Positions 30,410 through 39,234 of a DNA stretch of 64,000 nucleotides are shown here, piece by piece (within the stretch, counting starts at the first letter, position 1; each line of letters begins with the position of its first letter). Source of the DNA: an uncultured Candidatus Entotheonella sp. (lineage in GTDB: Bacteria; Tectomicrobia; Entotheonellia; Entotheonellales; Entotheonellaceae); assembly GCA_965215335.1 (NCBI GenBank), contig CBDCDA010000001.1, positions 320,001-384,000 on the forward strand. Direction: 5' to 3'. Under the pieces are notes generated by a model that saw only the letters and a list, made by a program, of their open reading frames with translations, did not search any database and was not told the origin of the DNA. Position numbers and translations under genes: made by a program.

Positions 30410-33400
30410 GCGGTGCTTGCTTCGGAAGCCGGCGCGCAGGACAGCGAGACGGCAGAGGAGGTATTCCACGAGCACATCTCGGGTCCGATCGTGCAGTCAA
30501 GATGTGTCAACTGCCACGTTCAGGGTGGCGTGTCGGGGCATACCCGGCTGGTGTTCGTGCACCGGTCGGAAGAGTCAGATCACGAGGCACTCAACCTGCG
30601 GACCTTCGAGAATCTTCTCGACGCGGTCGCGGATGAGGGGGGGGGCGGGAGTTACATCCTGAACAAGATTCAGGGGGTGTCGCACGGCGGCGGGGCGCAG
30701 GTGCCGGCGGGATCTGTGGACTTTGCGAACATGGAGTGGTTCCTGCGGCTGTTGGGCGAAGGGGCTGCGTCGGTGGCGGCGCTGACGCCGCAGACGCTGT
30801 TCGACACGGTGGTGCTGGCGTCGCCCCGCAAGACGCTGCGGCGGGCGGCGTTGATCTTTGCGGGTCGCCTTCCAACGGAGGCGGAGTACGCGGCGGTCGA
30901 AGGTGGTGACGAGTCGGTTCTGCGCGCCACGATCCGGGGGCTGATGGAGGGGCCGCAGTTCCACGAGTTCCTGCTGCGGGCGAGCAACGACCGACTGCTG
31001 ACGGATGGGAAAATGGTCGGGATTGACCCGAACGTCGCTTCCTTTGTCGACTTCACCAACGAGTACTATCGTCGCGTAAAGATAGCAGAGGCGATTGACG
31101 ATGAACGCGCATGGAATGATCTCGGCAATTGGCATGACCGCACGCAGTTCGGTTTTCGCCGGGCGCCGCTGGAGTTGATCGCGCACGTGGCGGAGAACGA
31201 CCTGCCGTACACGGAGATTCTCACCGCCGACTACATCATGGCGAACCCGTGGGCGGCCGCAGCCTACGGCGCACCAACACAGTTCGACGACTCCGACGAC
31301 GTGCACGAGTTCAAGAAGTCGAGGATCGTGAGCTACTACCGAAAAGGCGATGGATTCGAGGAGGAATACGATCCTATCTCCAGCCTAACCCGTGTGCTTG
31401 ATCCCGGCCCGTTGCTCACGACTTATCCGCACGCCGGCATTCTCAACACGACTGCGTTCCTCCAGCGCTACCCGACCACGGCCACCAACCGCAACCGGGC
31501 GCGGGCGCGCTGGACGTATTACCACTTCCTCGGCCTCGACGTGGAGAAGTCCGCCTCGCGCACTACGGACCCGGTGGCGCTGGCGGACACGAACAATCCG
31601 ACGATGCACAACCCGGCCTGCACGGTGTGCCACAGCGTCCTCGACCCGGTGGCCGGAGCGTTCCAGAACTACAGCGATGAGGGATACTACAAACATGCCT
31701 GGGGTGGCCTGGATTCCCTGGATGATCTCTACAAGGAAAAGGAAGGACCGTCTCTGACGACTGCGGGCGGGTCCTGGACGGACCGTGAGGCGCTGGTCTG
31801 GCCGGTGTCGTTGGCCGCCGGCGTCCAAACGCTGCGGGTGATGTTCACGAACCCCGCCTCCCGCAATGATAACGCCGGCGCTCAGAGATACGTTTATCTG
31901 GATCGCCTGAACGTCACGGACGCCGATGGCGATGTGGTGGTCAGCCATGAGTTCGAGGATCTGGGGCCACCGGTTGCGCACTGGGGCCGTTGCGGGGAGA
32001 CGTATTACAATCGGGCCGGACGACCTGTCGCTCTCTGGCTCCACTGGGGCGGACGCCACTGCGCGATTTATATTGATGTCCAGATTCCCGCCAACGGGGT
32101 CTACACGGTCGAGATCGTCGCCTGGTCAATCTGGAATCATCGGTATGGAGATCGGTATGTAGATGGAGAAGCCGGCTTTGCCGAGTTCTCGGTGGGAGCG
32201 AATGGTTACGAGGAAGGCGACACCTGGTACCGCGACATGCGTGTCCCGGGCTTCGACGGCGAGGCGGCACCAGACTCCGACAACAGCGTGCAGTGGCTGG
32301 CGCAGCAGATCGTCGCCGACCCGCGCTTCGCCGAGGCGACCGTCAAGTTCTGGTGGCCTGCGATCATGGGCAGCGAGGTGGCGGAGCCGCCGGAGGACGA
32401 AAGAGACGCCGACTTCGAAGGGCGGCTGCTCGCCTTCAACGCCCAGGACGCGGAGGTGGAACGGCTGGCCAACGGATTTCGGGATGGCTTCCAGGGCAGC
32501 CCGTACACATATAATCTCAAGGACCTGCTGGTAGAGATCGTGTTGTCGGAGTGGTTTCGCACCGACGCGCTCACCGACGCGGACCCGGTACGCCGCGTGG
32601 CGCTGCGAGACGCCGGCGCCCGGCGGCTGCTGACGCCGGAGGAACTGGCGCGCAAGACCGCCGCCGTCACGGGTTTCCAGTGGGGACGACATGTCCGCAC
32701 GAACTGCTGGCCGGAGTGTAACCGCATCCCCAATGCGTTGGCCGACGATTATCGGCTACTCTACGGGGGCATCGACTCGGACGGCATCACGGAGCGGGGG
32801 CGGGCCATCACGTCGGTGATGGCCGGGGTGGCCAAGCGTCACGCGGTGCAGGTGAGTTGCCCTGTAGTCATGCGTGAATTTTATCTGCTACCCGAAGCGG
32901 GCCGGCGACTCTTTTCCGGCGTGGCACCGGATCAAGAGATCCGTGACTCGTTCGAGATCGAAGCTGATTCCCGGGCCAACCGGGAGACGCTCTCGCTGAG
33001 CGGAGCGTTGACGGCTGGTAAGAAGATCGTACGGCTCACGTTCCTCAATGACTACTGGCACGAGACCGAGGGAGGCCGGAACGTCTATCTCGACCGGCTG
33101 GAAGTTCGTAACGACGCGGGCCGGGTCGTCACCCGCCGTGAACTCGAGGAATTCGGACCATCGGGGGATTGCAACCACGCCGGAGGCGGCGACTCCCTTG
33201 CTCTGTATTGTAGGGGTTCGGTGGACGTCTCGGCCGACATCCCCACAGCGGGAAACTACACCATCGAGGTCTCGGCCTGGGCCGATCATGCCGGTGACCA
33301 GCTTCCCAGGCTGATGGTCACCGTACTGGATACGGAAGACGCCGATAGCGGAGCGGATGCGATCAGGGGGAAGCTTGTCGAGTTACACGACAAGCTGCTC

Positions 33401-33730
33401 GGTGTCGAGGTCACGCCCGATTCCCCGGACGTGGAAGCTGCCTATCAGCTCTTCGTCGACGTGTTGCAGCGCAAACGCCAAGGAAAGACATGGACCTTCG
33501 AATGGGGGTGGCATTGCGATTTTAGTGCCGACATCTTCTTCTACGAAGGCATCCTGGATAACGCCGTGGTACAGCGCGAAGAAGACGGGGACCGGTGGTA
33601 CGAATTCGACTGGGACCGGATCGAAGGCTTCATGGACGGCATCGACTTCTCGGACCCGCACCACACCGCGCAAGCATGGGTGGTCGTGCTGACGGCCATG
33701 ATGATGGACTACCGCTATCTGTATCTATAG
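30356..33730 (+). CDS. large exported diheme protein, DUF1588/DUF1592-like, with two inserted carbohydrate-binding-like modules
   Basis: signal peptide; CVNCH and CTVCH; HAGILNTTAFLQRYPTTATNRNRARARW; two modules with F.N...R.VYLDRL.V. Confidence 0.75.
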   Translation: MRVCVKRLCKVLAGVFVVAVLASEAGAQDSETAEEVFHEHISGPIVQSRCVNCHVQGGVSGHTRLVFVHRSEESDHEALNLRTFENLLDAVADEGGGGSYILNKIQGVSHGGGAQVPAGSVDFANMEWFLRLLGEGAASVAALTPQTLFDTVVLASPRKTLRRAALIFAGRLPTEAEYAAVEGGDESVLRATIRGLMEGPQFHEFLLRASNDRLLTDGKMVGIDPNVASFVDFTNEYYRRVKIAEAIDDERAWNDLGNWHDRTQFGFRRAPLELIAHVAENDLPYTEILTADYIMANPWAAAAYGAPTQFDDSDDVHEFKKSRIVSYYRKGDGFEEEYDPISSLTRVLDPGPLLTTYPHAGILNTTAFLQRYPTTATNRNRARARWTYYHFLGLDVEKSASRTTDPVALADTNNPTMHNPACTVCHSVLDPVAGAFQNYSDEGYYKHAWGGLDSLDDLYKEKEGPSLTTAGGSWTDREALVWPVSLAAGVQTLRVMFTNPASRNDNAGAQRYVYLDRLNVTDADGDVVVSHEFEDLGPPVAHWGRCGETYYNRAGRPVALWLHWGGRHCAIYIDVQIPANGVYTVEIVAWSIWNHRYGDRYVDGEAGFAEFSVGANGYEEGDTWYRDMRVPGFDGEAAPDSDNSVQWLAQQIVADPRFAEATVKFWWPAIMGSEVAEPPEDERDADFEGRLLAFNAQDAEVERLANGFRDGFQGSPYTYNLKDLLVEIVLSEWFRTDALTDADPVRRVALRDAGARRLLTPEELARKTAAVTGFQWGRHVRTNCWPECNRIPNALADDYRLLYGGIDSDGITERGRAITSVMAGVAKRHAVQVSCPVVMREFYLLPEAGRRLFSGVAPDQEIRDSFEIEADSRANRETLSLSGALTAGKKIVRLTFLNDYWHETEGGRNVYLDRLEVRNDAGRVVTRRELEEFGPSGDCNHAGGGDSLALYCRGSVDVSADIPTAGNYTIEVSAWADHAGDQLPRLMVTVLDTEDADSGADAIRGKLVELHDKLLGVEVTPDSPDVEAAYQLFVDVLQRKRQGKTWTFEWGWHCDFSADIFFYEGILDNAVVQREEDGDRWYEFDWDRIEGFMDGIDFSDPHHTAQAWVVVLTAMMMDYRYLYL

Positions 33731-33742
33731 AGGAGGGACGCC

Positions 33743-35026
33743 ATGAGACGACGCACGCTGCTCAAGGGCCTGCTGGCCGCCGCAGTCGCGGCGGCCAGCT
33801 TCCGCCTGCCGCTGGTCAACGCCGCCGACCACCGGGGCAAGCTGTTCGCCTTCGTGCAGGCCGTCGGCGGCTGGGACCCGACGAGCTTCTGCGACCCCAA
33901 GGCCAATACCCCAGGCGAGCCGGTCATCAACCACTGGGCCGAGCGCGACGACGTCCGCCAGGCCGGCAACATCCCCTACGCCCCTTTCGCCAACAACACG
34001 GCGTTCTTCGAGAAGTACCACCGGCGCATGCTGGTCATCAACGGCGTGGACGCGCAGACCAACTCGCACACCGTGGGCATTGTGCACAACTGGAGCGGGC
34101 GGACCTCCGAGGGCTATCCGACGATCAGCGCGTTGCTCGCCGCCCACTACGCCCCGGCCCTGCCGGTTCCCTACCTGAGCTTCGGCGGCTTCTCCGCGAC
34201 CTCCGGCATCACGCGCTTCACCCGCATCGACAGGGCGGAACTGCTGCGCGCGGTCGCCGATCCGGCGACAAACATTTGGAACCCAACGGAGCGGATGGTG
34301 AGCGAGGCGGATTGGGCGACGCTGGAATCGTACCGGGCGGCTGCCGCGGAGCGCCTGGCGGCAACGCCGAATCTGTTGCCGGGCGACGCGCGTCACCTCG
34401 CGTTCTACCGCTCCGCCTTCGCGCCCGAGGGGTTCGAGGGGTTGAAGGCCTACAGCGACGCGCTTCCCGACGAGCTTGAGGAAGGAGAGCAGGGGCCGAA
34501 CAACTTCTGGAGTTCCTTACGCCAACAGGCGCAGTTGACGGTGCTGGCGTTCAAGACCGGCGTGGCGGTGAGTGCAGACCTGTCCCTGGATGGCTTTGAT
34601 ACGCACGCGAATCACGACCCGGACCATGAATGGCTGCTGGGCAATCTGACCAACGCGGTCGACTACCTGTGGAACTACGCCGAGCTACACGGGGTGGCCG
34701 ACCGCCTAGTGGTGGTGATTGGCTCGGATTTTGGTCGCACCAACTTCTACAACTCGGGAGCCGGCAAGGACCACTGGCCCATCGGCAGCTACGTCATCAT
34801 GGAGAAGAACCAGCCCTGGACCGGCCGGGTGGTGGGGGAGACGGACGAGTTGCACTTCGCCTACCGGATTGACCCGCACACGCTGCGCCGCGACGACACG
34901 GGCGGTACGATCCTCTACCCCAAGCACGTGCACAAGGCGTTGCGCCGCTACCTCGGCATTGAGCACTCCTGGGGGACGCGGCGGTTTCCGTTCCACAATA
35001 CGGAAGATGTCGCGTTCTTCGGTTAG
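33743..35026 (+). CDS. Tat-exported DUF1501-like protein
   Basis: MRRRTLLKG Tat motif; GGWDPTSFCDPK, GFDTHANH, SDFGRT, GKDHW. Confidence 0.8.
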   Translation: MRRRTLLKGLLAAAVAAASFRLPLVNAADHRGKLFAFVQAVGGWDPTSFCDPKANTPGEPVINHWAERDDVRQAGNIPYAPFANNTAFFEKYHRRMLVINGVDAQTNSHTVGIVHNWSGRTSEGYPTISALLAAHYAPALPVPYLSFGGFSATSGITRFTRIDRAELLRAVADPATNIWNPTERMVSEADWATLESYRAAAAERLAATPNLLPGDARHLAFYRSAFAPEGFEGLKAYSDALPDELEEGEQGPNNFWSSLRQQAQLTVLAFKTGVAVSADLSLDGFDTHANHDPDHEWLLGNLTNAVDYLWNYAELHGVADRLVVVIGSDFGRTNFYNSGAGKDHWPIGSYVIMEKNQPWTGRVVGETDELHFAYRIDPHTLRRDDTGGTILYPKHVHKALRRYLGIEHSWGTRRFPFHNTEDVAFFG

Positions 35027-35110
35027 CGCATAGCCGTATCGGATGGCATGGTTTGCGTGGCGATGGATTTCCCGCACCCGGCTCAGCTGTGGGCTGCGCT
35101 CTTGTCTCGC

Positions 35111-37033
35111 TCATAGGCGCAAGCCTGGCTCATCAACCCCCAGCCTGGGAGGAGAGGAGGTGCGTGTCTGCGTGAAACGACTTTGCAGGGTGCTGGCGGG
35201 CGTGTTCGTGGTGGTTGTAGGCCGAGATGTCGCCGACTTCAGGAACAGACTCTCAGGCAGCAGGTCGCCGAAAGCTTTCACCAGTAGCGGCACGGAATCG
35301 GCCCAGTCGGCCACGATCCCGATATCGGCGTGCTCGAAAATGGCCGCTTGCGGGTCGGAATTGATCGCCACCACCGTGCCGGCGGCCTGGATGCCGCAGG
35401 CGTGATTGAAGTTGCCGCTCATGGCCATGCCGATATAGAGACTGGGCGCGATGCTGCGGCCGGTAATTCCGACCTGACGGGCGTGCGGCAACCAGCCCTT
35501 ATCCGTCACCTTCCGTGTCGTCGCGAGCTCGGCCCCCAGGACAGCCAGCATGGGATCAAGCTCCGGGTAACGCTGCGGCGGAATTCCCATGCCGACACCC
35601 ACGACGCGCGACGCCATGGCCAGGGCATCCAGTTGGTCGTTCCGCTGACGCGAGGTGACCCGAACCCGCGAAGCGGCCTCGACGCGATGCCGCTCCATGG
35701 AAGGCATACGCGGTCGGCGCGGCGTCGGGCGGGGCAGCACGCCGGGGCGCACGGTGGCCATTTGCATGGCCGAGGTCGAACGAATGGCGGCTACAAGCCG
35801 CCCGCCAAAAGCCGGTTTCCAACTCACCAGCTGTCCGTCTTCATACGCCAGCGCAATCGCGTCGCCCGTCAGGCCGGAGCCGGTGCGAGCCGCGAGGCGA
35901 GCGGCCACCTCGCGTCCCCATGAGGTACTTGGAGCAAACAGGCACCGCGGCGAGTGGATACCACACCACGACGCCACGAAATGCGCGATGTCTTCCGCCA
36001 CGGGCCCATTTTCCAATACGCAGAGATGATCCGCGCCCCAGGCATGGAATTCCTCCGGCTTCGTGTCATCGGCCGGCCCAGCCAGAACGCCGGTGACACG
36101 GGCGCCGATTTGCGGCGCGATTTGCGCGGCGGCGCCAAGCAGCTCGCGTGCGCTGCCGGCATTCCCCGGTTCGAGGAGGACGGCGATGGCGGCGACAGGA
36201 TCGGCCACGGGCTCGCCCACAGCGTCGGCCGTCGCGGTCCTTGCATCGTCGAAAGCCCGACGTGCCTGAAGCAGGGCCATCGCTTCCGCCACCTGGCTCT
36301 CCAACGCGCCGCTCAGGATGCGACGTTCCCGCTTGACCTCCAACGCCTTTGTCTCACCCACCCAGGTCGGACTGCCGGCAACCCCCCACGGACCGTCGCC
36401 CAGATCGGCACTCGTGATCGTGCGTATTTTCTCCGCCGGCACCGCGGCCTTGTCCGGCTCGTCCACCTTCGCCGGTCGGCACAGCCTCTCGGCAGTCGAC
36501 AGCACGGCGGGAAGCGGCACCTCGGCCTCGACCCAGGCATCGTCGTGCTCGCATCCGACGCGCAACGTGCAGTCGTGGCGGAGCTCCAGGCTGCGCAAGG
36601 CGGCGGCGAACGGGAGGCCCAGCAACTCGGCCAGCTCAGGACCTACCTGACCGGTATCGGCATCCACCGCGTTCTTGCCGACCAGGATCAGGTCGAAGGG
36701 TCCGCAGCGTTCGACCACCTCGGCCAACGCTCTGGCGGTCGCCAAGGTATCCGAACCGGCAAACGCCGGATCGGAAATCAGGATGCCGCGGTCAGCCCCC
36801 GCAGCGACGCCCCAGCGAACCACGTCCGCCGCCGCCGGGGGTCCCAGGGAAATCACCGTGCATTGCCCAGCGGTCGCTTGCGCCAGTTCGATGCCCTTGC
36901 CGAGCGCACGCTGGCAATACGGATTCATGGAGAGTTCGACGCCGTCGCGCTGCAAGCGACCATCCGGCCCGAGCGCCATGACTTCAAACTTGGGTATCTG
37001 CTTCACGAGTGCTGCGACGTGCAGGGGCTTCAT
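35111..37033 (-). CDS. electron transfer flavoprotein beta-alpha fusion protein
   Basis: N half VKQIP, NPY, GAD, FAGSDTLATA, DADTGQVG (ETF-beta); C half GLTGDA, MATVRPG, QVGITG, SGNFNH, AINSDPQAAIFEHADIGIVAD (ETF-alpha); the tail runs into the repeat. Confidence 0.88.
   Translation of the reverse strand: MKPLHVAALVKQIPKFEVMALGPDGRLQRDGVELSMNPYCQRALGKGIELAQATAGQCTVISLGPPAAADVVRWGVAAGADRGILISDPAFAGSDTLATARALAEVVERCGPFDLILVGKNAVDADTGQVGPELAELLGLPFAAALRSLELRHDCTLRVGCEHDDAWVEAEVPLPAVLSTAERLCRPAKVDEPDKAAVPAEKIRTITSADLGDGPWGVAGSPTWVGETKALEVKRERRILSGALESQVAEAMALLQARRAFDDARTATADAVGEPVADPVAAIAVLLEPGNAGSARELLGAAAQIAPQIGARVTGVLAGPADDTKPEEFHAWGADHLCVLENGPVAEDIAHFVASWCGIHSPRCLFAPSTSWGREVAARLAARTGSGLTGDAIALAYEDGQLVSWKPAFGGRLVAAIRSTSAMQMATVRPGVLPRPTPRRPRMPSMERHRVEAASRVRVTSRQRNDQLDALAMASRVVGVGMGIPPQRYPELDPMLAVLGAELATTRKVTDKGWLPHARQVGITGRSIAPSLYIGMAMSGNFNHACGIQAAGTVVAINSDPQAAIFEHADIGIVADWADSVPLLVKAFGDLLPESLFLKSATSRPTTTTNTPASTLQSRFTQTRTSSPPRLGVDEPGLRL
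35118..35214 (+). repeat. copy 2 of the ~97 bp repeat: truncated start of another paralogue of the large heme gene
   Basis: cgcaagcctggctcatcaacccccagcctgggaggagaggaggtgcgtgtctgcgtgaaacgactttgcagggtgctggcgggcgtgttcgtggtgg; encodes VRVCVKRLCRVLAGVFVV versus MRVCVKRLCKVLAGVFVV. Confidence 0.9.
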
Positions 37034-37100
37034 GGCGACTTCCTCGCTAAGGTTTTCCGAGACGTGCGCTGCGATGCTCAGGTTTTCCTCATCCAGATTG

Positions 37101-38297
37101 TCAACGGGCGAGGCCGAAGGCGACCGCCTTCGTCGCGGGGTCGTCGCCGGCCTGCATAAACTCGCCAACCGCGGGGATGAGCTGGCCGATGACCGTCTCG
37201 CCCCAGAACCAGGCGTGCAGGTCCGGCTCGCTCATCGACGGCTTCTGCGCCATGCGGGCCTCGTAATAGAACGCCTTGAGGTCGTCAACGCAGTAGCGGA
37301 TGAACTGCGGCAGCGACACGTCGGTGGACCGCTCCTTCATGTCCACCGCCTCACCGCGGCTGTACGCCTCCAGAAACCGGACGAGGCCGCGCCAGCGTCG
37401 CTGCGGAATGCCGCTGAGGCCCACGGCGGTGCGGCCGTCGTGTTCGTCTACCCAGCGTTCGTAAAACGCGCGCAGCCCGGCAATCTCATCGGCGGCATCC
37501 GCGGTGGCCCGGTCGCTGCTGCGCGTGACCCCGGAGGATTGGGGCAACACGTCGGGAATTTCCTCCTCGGGAAAATCCGCCAGCACCGGACCCGCCGGCT
37601 TCTCGAGGAGTTCAAGCGCTGCGGCAATGACGCGGTGCTGCAGGTCGGCATCGTTCGGCTTGCCCAGGGCAAAGCCAAAGGGGTAGGGGACGAACAGCGC
37701 TCGCGGCGGCTTCACCTTTTCGACGTGCTCGCGCACCATGGCGAGGCTGACGGTGACCAGACCGGCGGCCTCGAAGACTCGGGCCAGCACACCGACGGTG
37801 TGCGTGCACAGGGGTCAGGTAGGGGTCAGAAAAACGACCTCGGCACCCTCATCCCTGAGCCGCCGTGCGACCTCCGGGCCGGTTTCTTCCTGGATGCGCC
37901 GCACGTCACGGAGGGCGCCCATGAACGAATAGGCGTTCGGCGCCAAGCCGCCAACAACGCCCTGTACGGTCAGTTCGCGCAGCCGGTCGAGCGGAAAGGT
38001 GACGTTGAGGTCTCGGTAGATGGCGGTGTGATCGAAGCCGATGCTGGTGTGGCTCTGCAAAATGTCCGCGGCCTTGGCGTCCGAGGGAATGACGCGGTAC
38101 GACGTATCACCGCCCTTCACGTCGGCGGCAAACGGCTTGTCGCCACGCAGGTGCAGGCCCGCCGAGGTGACCAGCGCCAGTCTGCCGTGTTTCAACTCCC
38201 GGCTCGGCGTCGTCCATGGGGTATCGTCGGGTTCCAGGCAGGGGAAGGACGTCAGGACCTGGCGCACCACGGCGCTCAGTCGTTCAAGCTTCGGCAT
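37101..38297 (-). CDS. selenoprotein of the D-proline/glycine reductase selenoprotein B (PrdB/GrdB-like) family with an extra C-terminal domain; TGA at 37815-37817 read as Sec
   Basis: ORFs 37815..38297 and 37101..37790 are in one frame; read-through gives VFLTPT-U-PLCTHTVGVLARVFEAAG (UxxC); ALVTSAGLH, DLNVTFPLDRLREL, SFMG, PPRALFVPYPFG motifs; 398 aa; RBS GAAGGAGG. Confidence 0.88.
37787..37803 (-). promoter_or_regulatory. putative bacterial SECIS hairpin
   Basis: GCACACC-GTC-GGTGTGC perfect 7-bp stem starting 11 nt after the TGA; G-first apical loop 18 nt after the TGA. Confidence 0.75.
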
Positions 38298-39123
38298 CGT
38301 ATCCTCCTTCGAGCATGTCGTGACAGGGAACGCTCGTACGCTCCCGGGTTTCCAGGCACAGCGCGGTCAGGGCGCCGCCCCATACGCAGCCGGTGTCCAA
38401 CGCATGGACCCCGGGTTCGTTGCAGACTCCAAGACTGGCCCAGTGACCAAAGACAAGGGTTTCCGAGGTGTGCAGCCGCCCCGGCACGGCAAACCACGGC
38501 AGCCAGGGCGCCGACTGGCTTTCCGGCGGTCCCTTTTCCCGCAACTCCAAACGCCCGGCCGCATCGCAGTACCGCATGCGGGTCAGGCAGTTGACGGTAT
38601 ATCCGAGCTGTTCGGCGCAGGGCAGGGACGCCGACCACGAATCGCATTGACTACCCGACATCTGCCGCATCAGGTCCTTGATGCCGGCGCCGCGCAATTC
38701 GGACTCGACGGCCGCGGCGCATATCTGCGCCGCGCCAAGCGTCCACTGCGGCGGCAGTCCGGCGTGCACCATGGTAACGGCGCGGTCCGCATCGCGGTGC
38801 AGCAACGGACGGTGGCGCAACCAGGCGATCAGGTCGTCGCGGTCCGGCGCCTCCAGAACGTCGGTGAGGGTGTCGCCGGCCCTGAGTCGTCTGCTGCCGT
38901 ACGCCACCCCCAGCAGGTGCAGGTCGTGATTGCCGAGCACGGTGACGGCCCGGTCGCCCAGGTCACGGACAAAACGAAGCGTTTCGAGCGATCGCGGGCC
39001 CCGGTTGACGAGGTCGCCGGTGAACCACAACCGGTCGTGTACGGGACTGAACCGGAGCGTTTCGAGGAGGGCCACCAGGCTGCCGAAACATCCCTGGACG
39101 TCTCCAATCACATAGGTCGCCAC
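38284..39123 (-). CDS. apaH: symmetrical bis(5'-nucleosyl)-tetraphosphatase
   Basis: IGDVQGC, GDLVNRGP, LGNHDLHLL, VHAG, TRMRY, FGHW, LDTGCVWGG. Confidence 0.95.
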   Translation of the reverse strand: MATYVIGDVQGCFGSLVALLETLRFSPVHDRLWFTGDLVNRGPRSLETLRFVRDLGDRAVTVLGNHDLHLLGVAYGSRRLRAGDTLTDVLEAPDRDDLIAWLRHRPLLHRDADRAVTMVHAGLPPQWTLGAAQICAAAVESELRGAGIKDLMRQMSGSQCDSWSASLPCAEQLGYTVNCLTRMRYCDAAGRLELREKGPPESQSAPWLPWFAVPGRLHTSETLVFGHWASLGVCNEPGVHALDTGCVWGGALTALCLETRERTSVPCHDMLEGGYDAEA

Positions 39124-39234
39124 GCGGCCTCCTGCTTGACGCTTTGCCCCGGCGGGCTATCATGCGGCATCACGATGTCGGGCAGCGACCGTCACGGTGC
39201 CGCCCTTCCTGCCACCCATCACGCCAGAGTGCTC

